Shown here: piece after piece, positions 28,083-39,041 of the stretch
How the letters are laid out: each line of letters starts with the position of its first letter
Position numbering within the stretch: the first letter of the stretch is position 1
Source of the DNA: a virus
Virus record (IMG/VR): IMGVR_UViG_3300023174_000075
Span: 32,001-96,000 of that record
Length of the DNA stretch: 64,000 nt
Strand: one strand, 5' to 3'
Program-made: the position numbers and the translations under genes
The notes under the pieces: generated by a model
The model's database searches: none
What the model saw: the letters and a program-made list of their open reading frames with translations, nothing else
What the model was told of the DNA's origin: nothing

Positions 28083-29687
28083 TTAATTTACATTCACTGT
28101 CCAACCTTTACTTGCTAAAGAAGATGTTGTAATAAGTCCAGCTGCTGAGGGTGAGCTATTACCGGTTCCATTTAAAATTATTGTTCCATTATAGCTGCCG
28201 GCTACATTTAAATCATATAATATATTATCTACTGCTGTTTGAGATAATAAATTATTTTGAGCATTAAAATATAATAAATATGGAGATAAACTTCCTGTAG
28301 ATACTACTGTATATCCTGTTAAAGTATTATTATTGCATATAAAATATGCTAGTTGTTGATTATTTTGTAAAGTAGGAATACTACCAGTTAATGAATTGGT
28401 ACTTACATTAAAATAAGTTAATCCTGTACAGTCATTTAAACTTGGTATACTACCTGTTAAAGTATTATTATGTACATCAAAATATTTTAAATTATAACTT
28501 TTATTAAATTCAATAATAGATCCATTCAATAAATTATTATAGGCAATAAATGTTTGTAAAGCAAACGAGGATGATAATATAGGAATACTACCTGTTAATG
28601 AATTAAGACTAATATCTATACTTTGAATAGATCCTGTTGGTAATTTTAATAATATATCACTTATACTTCCTGTTAAATTTGTATTATTAAAAGTAAAACT
28701 TTGTAGATATTGACTACCTGTTAAATAAGGAATTTTACCACCTAAATTAGAATTAGTATTAAGATCTAAATTTATTATACTTGGTAAATTTGATAAATTA
28801 GGAAAAGTAGTTAATAATTCATCTATAAAATTAAGTGTAGTTAAGTTTGATAAATAAGAAGAGGTAAATGAATTTAAAACCTTACTACCAGTATGAGATA
28901 AAGTATTAATAGTACCTAAATTACCCCCATATAGATATATTGTACTTCCTGAACTTGAAACAGCTGAGGCAGTAATATTTAAAAAAGAATTCCATTGATT
29001 TAAACTACTTGTATTAGCAACGGGAAAATTTGGAGCCGTATATGTAAATGCTAAATAAGATTGAGCTTCGGTTAATGCATATATATTATATACATCTGTA
29101 ATATTAGATGATGAAAAGCTAGCTGTTAATGGAGAATTTGAGCTAGAAACATATGATGATGTTGTATTGGTTGATTGGTTAATGATTAATATGCTTGAAG
29201 TATAAAATAATCCGCTACCACTAATTAGTACAGTATAATTAGTATCTTTAATTAATGTTAAAGCTCCATTATTAAGAGATTGAGTTTGATATATACTAGA
29301 AGATACTAATGAAGAAGTATATATAGCAAATATATTATTTGAGGATGTTGTAAATATATCTGGGGTGAAATACCAATTAGTTATAAATGAAGATGTTTCC
29401 GCTGAAATTGGAGGAGATGGTAAAAGAACACCTAATGGAGATTGATTATAATATATTGTTGTATTCTCAGTAGGGAATGATGCTAAGATAGAACTTCCAC
29501 TTTTAACATATATTCTTAATTCACCTAAAGCTGAAATAAATGCTGAACCAGATGTTTCATAGGCACTAGCTGTTGTTTCTAATGTTATGTCAGAATAAAA
29601 TCTTTCACCAATAACATTACTATCTGATAGAATTGTTAATGAGGATGTAAAAGATCCAGATGATGGTATATAATATAAATTTATCAT
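28083..29687 (-). CDS. Ser/Thr-rich protein with leucine-rich repeats (N-x-LTGSIP type)
   Basis: Repeats NLGGKIP, NLTGSIS, SLTGSIP, LLNGSII, TLTGSIP, SLTGSIP, TLTGY. Confidence 0.8.
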   Translation of the reverse strand: MINLYYIPSSGSFTSSLTILSDSNVIGERFYSDITLETTASAYETSGSAFISALGELRIYVKSGSSILASFPTENTTIYYNQSPLGVLLPSPPISAETSSFITNWYFTPDIFTTSSNNIFAIYTSSLVSSSIYQTQSLNNGALTLIKDTNYTVLISGSGLFYTSSILIINQSTNTTSSYVSSSNSPLTASFSSSNITDVYNIYALTEAQSYLAFTYTAPNFPVANTSSLNQWNSFLNITASAVSSSGSTIYLYGGNLGTINTLSHTGSKVLNSFTSSYLSNLTTLNFIDELLTTFPNLSNLPSIINLDLNTNSNLGGKIPYLTGSQYLQSFTFNNTNLTGSISDILLKLPTGSIQSIDISLNSLTGSIPILSSSFALQTFIAYNNLLNGSIIEFNKSYNLKYFDVHNNTLTGSIPSLNDCTGLTYFNVSTNSLTGSIPTLQNNQQLAYFICNNNTLTGYTVVSTGSLSPYLLYFNAQNNLLSQTAVDNILYDLNVAGSYNGTIILNGTGNSSPSAAGLITTSSLASKGWTVNVN

Positions 29688-32600
29688 TATTGAGTAATAT
29701 TATTTTGATTAGATAAATCCACATTTAATTGTTGGAATATAGTGCCTATACTTGCTTTTATAGCATTATTAGCGTCTTGTGGTATTAAAATAGTTTGTGA
29801 TACATCACCTATAGATTTTTTAAAATTAATAATTATTGATGTTTCATCTGGTTTTGGGCGTAATATAGAAAAATTTTGACTTAATTGACTGCTAAATAAA
29901 GTTGATAATGGTTTGTCTAAATACGCTGTTGTTCGAAAAATACCTAATGCATAAGTATAATTAGTTAATACAGCGTTAGAATAAGATAATATATACCTAT
30001 CCCCCGCCCGAACTGTTGGGAGTACAGTATAGCCCCAGCTTCCAATTGTAGGGACAGTGGGAATATGACTTTGTATGGTTTGGTTTGGTGATACTTGTAT
30101 TTGAAGTACTGAAGGGTATTGAATTCCATCTGCTCCGTTAACTGCTACTGTTTTTATTAAAGGAGAAGAAGCTATTGTTAATGGGTTATTTACTCCATTT
30201 ATGTTTACAATAAATTGTTTTGATGTAGAACTCCAAATATTATTAAATAATAATGTATTTTGAGTTGAAACGGGTATTTGAAGTATACTAGCAAATCTAC
30301 TTGGTGAAGTACTAACTTGAAATGTACCTATAGTAACTGTTGGAATATTTTTTACTGTTATAGATGAATCAATTGAAGATGATATTACAGTATAATAGTC
30401 AGGATTAGGAGAAGATATTGATCCTATTCTTATTAGATCATATGGTTGTAACGGTAAAGTATCTATTACAGGTGAATAATAATTTTGAGTTGGTGTTGTT
30501 ATATCTGGAGTGAAAAGAGAAGATGTTGAAAAAATAGTTTGCATCTCTGGAGAGAAGGTAATTGTATTTTCTGTTGTTGTAAAAGACTCAAATATTTTAC
30601 TACCAGTAATAGCTAAATTATAATTATATAATATTTTGGGTGCTGCTTTATCTTGTATTTCAATATATGAGGGTTCAATATATTTTAATGAATTATTTAC
30701 ATTAAATTTAAGAGCAGATTCAATAAAGGTTTGAGTAGATGGTGGCTGTTGTGGTTTTCCTATTTCAAATTTACAACCTCTACCATATGTAAAAAATCGA
30801 TCCATATCCATTAAAACTATTCTAAATCTAAGAACTTCATTTTGAGCTAAAGATATTGTAGTACCTACTGCTCCGGTAGTATCATCAGTTAATTGAAGGA
30901 TTGCTATTCCTTTTAAAAGTGGAGTATCTATTTGATTATCAAATGAACCATTAGAAAAATTAGTAGGATCAAAATGTATAGTATTAAAATCCGAATTATA
31001 AGTCATACCGACTGATATTTCTCCTATTGTAGATATTTTAGTAGAAGCTTTATAAGTCCATGAATTTGGATCGGTAGGAGTTATTGAACCTTCTAAAAGT
31101 CCAAATATTTTAAATGTACATCCTTTACTTTGATGAAGGTATAACCAATTATCATTAGGATACTGTGTTGATAAACGTTGAAAAAATTCCAACCCAATAG
31201 AAACAGGTATATTTGCTTTTATAAAATATTGACTTGAAGGTCTAGGGGCTTTATATAGATATTGTCCTCCATCTGTTATATCTATATCCTCATTTAAATA
31301 ACCATCTTTATATGAAGTATTGTTGAATTTTAATAAATCAAAAAAATACGCAAACTTTGCAGTAGAATCTTGAGGTTTAAAATCTGCCCATTGTATTACA
31401 ACATTTGGGGTAAAAGCATATGGTGAAGGAGAGTATTTTGTTTTATTTTTTAATTGAAGCGTATTTTGATAAGTTGATGAAAATTGTGTTAAAGATAATT
31501 TTGTTGAAGCCATAGGAGAAGTAGTTTCTAATGTACCATTTCCCCACCATCCATTATAGTTTTTTGACCAACTCCATCCAAATGTATTATAATTAGCAGG
31601 TAAATCAGCAGGTGTTGTTGGTGTATTATGAGAAATACTGTTATTAGCTGGGGATTGGTTATTAAATATTGAGTCTCCACTATTAGCTCCTGTAAAGAAA
31701 TCTAAAGCGTATGATTTTAGCCCTGAAAAAGTATTGGTTGATGATCTAGGAGTAAGAGATAAAAAATTTAATACTTCATTATTTTCTCTAAATAAAATAG
31801 GATCATATGAGTATCCTCCCCTAAAAATAGTTTTAGTACCATCTAGTGTTTTTTGAAATGATGGTTTAGTAGCATCAGATAATGATAATACTACATTCTC
31901 TCCTGATTTAAATATATTTTGTACCTCTATTAAATTGTTATTTTTTAAAGTTAAATCAGTAATATTTAAATCTTTATCAACTAAATATTTTAATTGAATT
32001 TGAGTTTTATCATAAAAATTTAAACTTTGAGAAGGGATATTTTTAACCCAACCTACTTTATAAGATTGACGATCAATCGCAGCTGTTTTACCATATGAAT
32101 TATCTCCAGTTTGAATTGTACGACCATCAGAACCAGTATAAGAGCCTGATGTGTATGTATTATATAATTTGCTAGTTAATTTAGATCCTTCATATCGTGA
32201 AGTATTATATGAACGTAATGTTAAATAAGAATCTTGTAATTCAGCACTACTTGTTAAACTACCTGTTGGTAAATAATTACCAGTATACTCTATTTTTTTA
32301 CGAATATTAGATAATATACTAGATGATACATTATTCAGTAATACATTCCAATCTGAGTGAGCAAAGGTATTTGTGTTTATACTTTGTGTTGGATTATGTT
32401 GAGCATTATATACACTCCAATCACCTAAATATGGATTATAGTTATCTGTAAAATATTGATTTACATCTACTATACTACCACTTAAATTACCATCAAAATA
32501 TGGTTTTTTATCCCCTTGTAAATTATTATATAATGGACCATATTGAGGTGATATTGTAGATGCAGATACTTCACCATTAGGTACACTTTGTGTTGTACTA

Positions 32601-34894
32601 TTTGATGGATTTGCATATACTACTTTATTACGCTCTAATACAGGGGAATTAAACGTTACACCAGTTGATAAACTTGTACGCTCAGGAGTAAAATCTTCAA
32701 GCATTTTAAATAATGAATTATCAAAGTATTGTATTAAACGAATAAATCCATTATAATCCATATTAGATCCAGTAAATGGAGCAAATCCAGGAACACCTGT
32801 TTCAAAATATAATTTACGTTGAGCGTCTAAATCAATATATGAACTACTATATTGTTGTCTAGGATCACCAATATAATCATCTAAGCTCCAAGTTGATGCA
32901 TTAGAGGCAATAGCTCCTGAAATATAAGTGTCAATTTGATTTTGTGGTGAAAATGAAATATCTACATAATGAGTATCTTCATCCCTAAAATCAGTAGTTG
33001 ATTGGTATGGAGGTTGTAGGCTTAATTCATGTGATAATACACTTCCTGAGATGGTATTATTTACAATTCTAACTTTGCTAGTGTTATATCCTTTAAGTTG
33101 TTCAGATTTATTAGCACCACCATATTCTTTAACATTTAATATACTTCCAGAAATGCCAAAAGTAGTTACAAGATGTTCCAGACCAGAAACTGTACCTTTT
33201 GTTTTAACAAGTAAAGGTAAATTATGATAAATACGTTTGTATAGTTCAGATACTAAATCTTTACGTGGTATATTATTTAAATAACTACCTGTAATAGTAG
33301 TATTATTATCCCATTCACTACTACCTGTATTAGCACCAATTAAATATTGATTAACATTTTCACCAGCTTGAGTATTATATAAATGAACACCTAATGATTT
33401 TAAGCGCTCATATACTAAATCTTTAGATATACCTTCTTCTAAATTATTATTAGCTCTATTTATATCAGTAATTGATTTTAAATAAATCCATGTATTATCA
33501 AAATAATGCCCTACCATATTTAAGAATAATAAGAAAGGAGCATTATTAGTATCATCTTTTAAATATACAGGAATTGCATATTCTAGATTATCATAATTAT
33601 TATAATCATAATTTTGAGCAGATGATGTTGTAGCTGTATACCAATTTTGTACTGTTAAAGATGATGTTGATAATAAAGAATATGGCTTAGTAGATGATGA
33701 TTTAGGCCAAGCATATGAACTAGATTCAAAATATAAGTAATATTCATATCCATCAAATTGTGTAATAAGAGTATTAATAGCAGATGAATACTGATTTATT
33801 TCTGTTATTAAACTTGGTTTTGAGGATGATAATGGAGTATAAGTATTAATTAAAGTATTATAATCCTCAATTTGTTTAGCTTTATTATAAAAATTAGATA
33901 TACGTTGATAAGCTGATCCAAAAAATACAAAATTATTAAAATCAGTATAATCTATGTTTATATCTACACTCTGTGTAGCCATCAAATTTAATATTTGATG
34001 ATACGATGTTTGTTGTAAAGCTTGAACACTAGATATTAAATTAGAATATGTGTTATACTCCGTAGATACAGTTCCATTATTAGGAATTTCTATATCAAAA
34101 TTAGGGCCTCTTAAGGATGGAGGTGGTGGAGGGGTAACAATAGTATCCAAATTTATTTGGAAATTATATGGTACTACTTTTTCACTTACTACCCATAAAG
34201 TTGATTTTAATTGGACTGATAAAGGTAGAGGTTCATATAATTTAAATAATACTTCATATCCATCAATAGCTTTATTTAGAGCTATATTAACAGCTACATA
34301 TTGTTCATTATTACCAAAATTTAATAGGTAATATATCTGATAAGTAGAACCTTCAAGTTCATTTATTAATTCTGTTACTATATTTTCAATATCAAAATCT
34401 TGTAGAGTAGTGGATTTTAATCGTATCTCTGTTCTATCTTTAGATATTTCTTGAATAAATAAAGCTCTAGTATTACTATCAGAAATTTTATTTTGGAATA
34501 AATTATATACTGTTCTAAATTGCCCAGATGAATATCCATAACTTTGAATATCCTTAATAGGATCAATTTCAATAATAGGATATAAAGCACTTGATGTAGT
34601 TAGAGTTGAAATAATACCTATATCATCTGTTTGAATAGTACCTGTTGTATTAGGAAGTGTATTTACTCCTGGAGTCTGAGTTATGTCAGTTGGGAGTTTA
34701 TAACTAAAATAGGAAGGATCAGAATTTATTATATTTCCATTACTACCATATATGTAATATTCTATATAATCTCCGGGTTCACCAAAATTTTCTTTAATAT
34801 TAGTTGAAGAAATTAAATTAGTATCTTCCCTAGAATAACGGGTTGTATTAGATGTACTAACAACATTTCCTACTATTTTTATATTATCTGCCAT
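29687..34894 (-). CDS. Large baseplate/tail structural protein
   Basis: 1735 aa; IYHNLPLLVKTKGT wedge-like motif; located in the baseplate cluster. Confidence 0.75.
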   Translation of the reverse strand: MADNIKIVGNVVSTSNTTRYSREDTNLISSTNIKENFGEPGDYIEYYIYGSNGNIINSDPSYFSYKLPTDITQTPGVNTLPNTTGTIQTDDIGIISTLTTSSALYPIIEIDPIKDIQSYGYSSGQFRTVYNLFQNKISDSNTRALFIQEISKDRTEIRLKSTTLQDFDIENIVTELINELEGSTYQIYYLLNFGNNEQYVAVNIALNKAIDGYEVLFKLYEPLPLSVQLKSTLWVVSEKVVPYNFQINLDTIVTPPPPPSLRGPNFDIEIPNNGTVSTEYNTYSNLISSVQALQQTSYHQILNLMATQSVDINIDYTDFNNFVFFGSAYQRISNFYNKAKQIEDYNTLINTYTPLSSSKPSLITEINQYSSAINTLITQFDGYEYYLYFESSSYAWPKSSSTKPYSLLSTSSLTVQNWYTATTSSAQNYDYNNYDNLEYAIPVYLKDDTNNAPFLLFLNMVGHYFDNTWIYLKSITDINRANNNLEEGISKDLVYERLKSLGVHLYNTQAGENVNQYLIGANTGSSEWDNNTTITGSYLNNIPRKDLVSELYKRIYHNLPLLVKTKGTVSGLEHLVTTFGISGSILNVKEYGGANKSEQLKGYNTSKVRIVNNTISGSVLSHELSLQPPYQSTTDFRDEDTHYVDISFSPQNQIDTYISGAIASNASTWSLDDYIGDPRQQYSSSYIDLDAQRKLYFETGVPGFAPFTGSNMDYNGFIRLIQYFDNSLFKMLEDFTPERTSLSTGVTFNSPVLERNKVVYANPSNSTTQSVPNGEVSASTISPQYGPLYNNLQGDKKPYFDGNLSGSIVDVNQYFTDNYNPYLGDWSVYNAQHNPTQSINTNTFAHSDWNVLLNNVSSSILSNIRKKIEYTGNYLPTGSLTSSAELQDSYLTLRSYNTSRYEGSKLTSKLYNTYTSGSYTGSDGRTIQTGDNSYGKTAAIDRQSYKVGWVKNIPSQSLNFYDKTQIQLKYLVDKDLNITDLTLKNNNLIEVQNIFKSGENVVLSLSDATKPSFQKTLDGTKTIFRGGYSYDPILFRENNEVLNFLSLTPRSSTNTFSGLKSYALDFFTGANSGDSIFNNQSPANNSISHNTPTTPADLPANYNTFGWSWSKNYNGWWGNGTLETTSPMASTKLSLTQFSSTYQNTLQLKNKTKYSPSPYAFTPNVVIQWADFKPQDSTAKFAYFFDLLKFNNTSYKDGYLNEDIDITDGGQYLYKAPRPSSQYFIKANIPVSIGLEFFQRLSTQYPNDNWLYLHQSKGCTFKIFGLLEGSITPTDPNSWTYKASTKISTIGEISVGMTYNSDFNTIHFDPTNFSNGSFDNQIDTPLLKGIAILQLTDDTTGAVGTTISLAQNEVLRFRIVLMDMDRFFTYGRGCKFEIGKPQQPPSTQTFIESALKFNVNNSLKYIEPSYIEIQDKAAPKILYNYNLAITGSKIFESFTTTENTITFSPEMQTIFSTSSLFTPDITTPTQNYYSPVIDTLPLQPYDLIRIGSISSPNPDYYTVISSSIDSSITVKNIPTVTIGTFQVSTSPSRFASILQIPVSTQNTLLFNNIWSSTSKQFIVNINGVNNPLTIASSPLIKTVAVNGADGIQYPSVLQIQVSPNQTIQSHIPTVPTIGSWGYTVLPTVRAGDRYILSYSNAVLTNYTYALGIFRTTAYLDKPLSTLFSSQLSQNFSILRPKPDETSIIINFKKSIGDVSQTILIPQDANNAIKASIGTIFQQLNVDLSNQNNITQ

Positions 34895-35238
34895 TATTTT
34901 TTAATTGTTTTACTTATTTCATCAAGTGTGGATTGTGTATCTAATACTTGTTGTCTTAATGTAGTAATTTCTTCTAGTAAAGCCTGAATATCGTCTTGGC
35001 TAACTATAACACCTAAATAATCTGCTGATTTTTCTAGCATATACCTATGTGAATTTGCATCTCCCTCTTTTGGAATTTGATAAAATAATTGATCATATAG
35101 TTGAAAAAAATCTTCTAAAGTAAATGTTGGAGTTTCTTCATTTACATTATTTAATAACTGACTAAATTGAGTATTAACTACTTTACTAAAACTAAGTTTA
35201 TCGTATACTTGTTTCTCTATTGAAATTTGTTCGGACAT
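34894..35238 (-). CDS. Hypothetical structural-cluster protein
   Basis: 114 aa, translationally coupled to neighbours. Confidence 0.75.
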   Translation of the reverse strand: MSEQISIEKQVYDKLSFSKVVNTQFSQLLNNVNEETPTFTLEDFFQLYDQLFYQIPKEGDANSHRYMLEKSADYLGVIVSQDDIQALLEEITTLRQQVLDTQSTLDEISKTIKK

Positions 35239-36347
35239 TATCTTATAACTTTAAAGTAATAATTTTCATCAAATATTATTGTTTCACCAGTATCTAATAT
35301 TGTTTTAAATAATAATTGATAATAGCGTTCTGGTTCTAGACCATTCATATATACATCAAAATAATTGCCTTTATCATCACAACTAAGTTTAGTATATGTT
35401 GTATCGTAATCTACGACAATTTCTTCGGTATCCAAATCTTTTATTGACCAATATGAAGTTTCTGGCAAAGCATAATTTACTGTTGAATAAGTAAAAGATG
35501 ATGTACTAAATGTTCTTGGTGGATATTTAGGTCTAACTTTTACTCTAAAACGCTGTACTGAATCTTGTTGGTAATTACTTTTATTATTGCCTATGCTGGT
35601 AACATATAAATCAGAATCTATCACTGGTAATGTTCCAATAAAATATGATGAATCGTCCCATCTTATTTCCAAACATGGAGGATAAATAGTATGGGTATTT
35701 CCTGAGAAATATTTTAATTCAAATTTAGATGCTGAGGTAAATTCAATTGAACTACTATGTTTTAATATAACTCCATAATTATTTATACTATTACTATACC
35801 AATCTTTAACGGTATTTGATATTTGTAATTCAATATCTAATGGTGTTTTATGAGTAAATGATTGAACAGATTTATATAAATTATCTGATAACCATAAACC
35901 ACCTCCAATATTGCTACCTAATTGATATGATCCTGTTGTACCTGTATCAAATTGTCCAGGTACAAACCATACATCACCGCCTAATTGATCATAATATCCC
36001 CAACTAGCGCCATCTGTTGTTGATGGTGAATTTGAAAATCTACCTGTACCCATATTCCAATCAGATGCTAAAGGACGACATTCTATAGTATAATTTAATG
36101 GGATTTGAGAAGCATTAGCTAATGATAATTTTAAATAAGCATCATAGTTATCTCCATCTACTTTATTAAGAATAACGTCATTTATTTCATCTTGTGGAAA
36201 CTTAATAATAGGACGTGATACTTCATTAGTATCATTAATTGAATAGAAAGTACTAAGTTCTAATATTTCATCCAATCCTGTGTTTATTGTTGGGTAATAG
36301 GAATAAAGAGTAGCGCTCTTTTCGGGGAATATTTTATAAATTGCCAT
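35238..36347 (-). CDS. Structural-cluster protein (DNRLRE-like beta domain)
   Basis: ATLYS..P..NTGLDEIL, WNMGTG, PPCLEIRWDD; ATATTTAT upstream. Confidence 0.7.
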   Translation of the reverse strand: MAIYKIFPEKSATLYSYYPTINTGLDEILELSTFYSINDTNEVSRPIIKFPQDEINDVILNKVDGDNYDAYLKLSLANASQIPLNYTIECRPLASDWNMGTGRFSNSPSTTDGASWGYYDQLGGDVWFVPGQFDTGTTGSYQLGSNIGGGLWLSDNLYKSVQSFTHKTPLDIELQISNTVKDWYSNSINNYGVILKHSSSIEFTSASKFELKYFSGNTHTIYPPCLEIRWDDSSYFIGTLPVIDSDLYVTSIGNNKSNYQQDSVQRFRVKVRPKYPPRTFSTSSFTYSTVNYALPETSYWSIKDLDTEEIVVDYDTTYTKLSCDDKGNYFDVYMNGLEPERYYQLLFKTILDTGETIIFDENYYFKVIR

Positions 36348-36390
36348 AATTGTATGATTACTACATATAAATATGACAAACTATAACTTT

Positions 36391-38220
36391 TTAAATTGTA
36401 AATGGTACTACTCTACCTTGTATATCAATATCAGGATATCTAACTTCAAATACACTTGGATCAACAGAAGGATATATATTACCTTGTCTAGTTGCCCCTG
36501 GTATATCGTAGGCATATTGAGAGTAGTTACCTCCTTGTTTATTAACCATTTCAAGCTTAGTTACTGATTGTACCCCTGTTACTTTTAATAAGCGAGAAGT
36601 TATATCAGACATAATGATTGGTTGATTAATAGTCCATTTATCTATATTAAAATGGTCTTTTAATGCTGTTATGCAACTAGTCACAACATCATTATTATTA
36701 TATCCACTTTGTATCACTATGTCAAAATTAACTCCTATATTGATATAAAATGCATCTTTAATATTAACAGCATCAGTAACCATTCTATATTGATTAATAT
36801 AGGTAGCTAAATTTTCTTTTAATGTGATAGAAGCAGGTATAAGATTTTTATTAAAATCATAAGCTAAAATATACATATCTAGTGATAATGGATTACGTCT
36901 TTCCATTGTTGCTACTGTTGGAGTTGGTAACATTTCACTAGCAGCATCTTGAGTAACATATACTTTAGCTATACTACCATAATTAGTTGGTAATGATAAA
37001 GCACGAACCATATAATCTTCTCTAGTTACAGCACGTAATTGAGATTGATATGCATATAAAGCATTATTTCTTATTTCTTCTACTTCATCTCCACTTTTAC
37101 CTCCAGAGGAAGGTAAAGTATTATTTGATGCTACACTATCTATTATTTGAGTAGCTAAAGGTCCAGTTAAACCTGCACCAATTTGAATATTTGCTTTATT
37201 TATATTATTTAAATCATTAGCAGGAACGTTTGATCTAATACCACCACCAGTAAGATATCTAATAGTTAAATCCGTATTACTAGGGGCTAAACCATATTCT
37301 TGAGTGAAAAAGGGATTAGCTTTATTATAACCATCTAATAAAGTAGATATTCCTGGAATTAATCCTAATTGAATATTGTCGGGTGAAGGTAAAAGTGTAT
37401 CGTCTGATGTATTAGATACCCCTGCTCCAAACTCTAGTTGTAGTGTATTATCTGATAAGAAGCGAGATACAAAGCGGCGAGGTACTCTTTGATAATCAAT
37501 TAAATAAGGTACTCCATCTGATTGGGCATTTGGGTTTGTTATAGGCATTAATATACTAGCTTGAGCTAGATAAGGTACCTCATACCATTTATTATTTTGA
37601 GTATCTGTAACGTCTAATATTTGAAGAATATTTGTATCATTAATATTAGAAATAGTAAACTTTTGCGGCCCAGAAAAGGATAATGTGGTGGTTTTTATTT
37701 CAGCTGATATTGCTTTTACTGATTTTGTTAATAGGTAATAATTAGAATCTATGAAACTAATTGTTGTATTATCTGTTATAGAAAAATCAACTTTATCTAT
37801 AGTTATAAAATTAGTTCCTGTACTTCTTGAAGTTATAGATGTATTTTCTGGTACTATAACAGCATATGAGTAGTCAGGTGCTGATACTCCATTTATTATT
37901 ATTGAGGGAATTAATTGAAAAATATCAACTGTTACGTTAGAGGCATATGATACTTTAGGTTTATATCCAAACATATATGATAAAGCATATAAATTTTCTT
38001 TTTCCTTAGCATATAATAAGAAATTCTCTTGTATTTGAGTATCAATATAAAATGATGAAACATCACCTACATATGATGCTAAATCTATAAATAAAGCTCC
38101 AGGATTTGCCTCTGAAAAGTTATTATAAGTACTAGGAAAATATGTTTTAGTATAATTTAAAAGACTACTTTTAAAATCACTAAAGGTTTTATTTAAATAT
38201 GATACTTTATTATCTGCCAT
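36391..38220 (-). CDS. Baseplate wedge protein (T4 gp6/baseplate J-like)
   Basis: YNNFSE..PG..FIDL.SYVGD; LEFGAG; SGGK..D.VEEIR...RAVTREDY. Confidence 0.88.
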   Translation of the reverse strand: MADNKVSYLNKTFSDFKSSLLNYTKTYFPSTYNNFSEANPGALFIDLASYVGDVSSFYIDTQIQENFLLYAKEKENLYALSYMFGYKPKVSYASNVTVDIFQLIPSIIINGVSAPDYSYAVIVPENTSITSRSTGTNFITIDKVDFSITDNTTISFIDSNYYLLTKSVKAISAEIKTTTLSFSGPQKFTISNINDTNILQILDVTDTQNNKWYEVPYLAQASILMPITNPNAQSDGVPYLIDYQRVPRRFVSRFLSDNTLQLEFGAGVSNTSDDTLLPSPDNIQLGLIPGISTLLDGYNKANPFFTQEYGLAPSNTDLTIRYLTGGGIRSNVPANDLNNINKANIQIGAGLTGPLATQIIDSVASNNTLPSSGGKSGDEVEEIRNNALYAYQSQLRAVTREDYMVRALSLPTNYGSIAKVYVTQDAASEMLPTPTVATMERRNPLSLDMYILAYDFNKNLIPASITLKENLATYINQYRMVTDAVNIKDAFYINIGVNFDIVIQSGYNNNDVVTSCITALKDHFNIDKWTINQPIIMSDITSRLLKVTGVQSVTKLEMVNKQGGNYSQYAYDIPGATRQGNIYPSVDPSVFEVRYPDIDIQGRVVPFTI

Positions 38221-38221
38221 C

Positions 38222-38647
38222 TTATATGAATTGTACTGTTATTTGATCTGCGTTTCCTGATATGTTTATTGTGTATGTAATTGTAACTGATATTGTATTA
38301 TTTTGAGCTTGGGCTGAAGATGGACTACTAAAAGTTATATTATTTATTGTAATTTCAGGTATAAAAAGTGCAGTATTAGTAGTTATTAAACTTCTAATTA
38401 CTGTTTCTATTTCACCAACAATACCTTCAAATAATACTTTTTTTAAATCAGCTCCAAATTGAGGATTGTATATTCTCTCACCTTTATTAGTAAGTAAAAG
38501 ATTAATAAAATTTGATTTTATTTGATCTTGAGTACTATATGTTGAATTGAAAGGACCAGCAGGTCCATTAAAAGGTAAAGATATCCCAATTGCAATATTT
38601 CCTTGCAAATCTAATGGATCAACTCTAGTTATGACATTTGTTGGCAT
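38222..38647 (-). CDS. Baseplate gp25-like protein
   Basis: QIKSNFINLLLTNKGERIYNPQFGADL. Confidence 0.9.
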   Translation of the reverse strand: MPTNVITRVDPLDLQGNIAIGISLPFNGPAGPFNSTYSTQDQIKSNFINLLLTNKGERIYNPQFGADLKKVLFEGIVGEIETVIRSLITTNTALFIPEITINNITFSSPSSAQAQNNTISVTITYTINISGNADQITVQFI

Positions 38648-38648
38648 A

Positions 38649-39008
38649 TTAATCTAATTGTCTTAGTCCTGATCTATCCATTGGTGACATGTTAGCAGCA
38701 GCATCTGCTATAAAATTTAAATATGGATTTACTTTTTCACCGGTTGATTCATCAACAGCATCAATAACTTTTAATTGTTGTTGTGGTTGTTGAAAACCAA
38801 ATTCAGCTCCCATTTTAGCCATTAATGAACTACGTACATCTCCTGATAATGGAGCTACATCAGCACTAGTAAAATTAAATGTTTTATTTTCACGTAATGG
38901 TTGTTTGTTTTGTTTAGCTAAAACTTCGTTAATAATGTCAGGCAATTCTTCATAAATAGCCTCAGTTACTGCTTCTTTAATTAGTTTTTTAAATAATTTG
39001 ATGTTCAT
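38649..39008 (-). CDS. Hypothetical late protein
   Basis: Leader MNIKLFKKLIKEAVTEAIYEE; ATATTTAT upstream. Confidence 0.75.
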   Translation of the reverse strand: MNIKLFKKLIKEAVTEAIYEELPDIINEVLAKQNKQPLRENKTFNFTSADVAPLSGDVRSSLMAKMGAEFGFQQPQQQLKVIDAVDESTGEKVNPYLNFIADAAANMSPMDRSGLRQLD

Positions 39009-39041
39009 ATATATAAATATTTATAAATTATAAAATTAATA

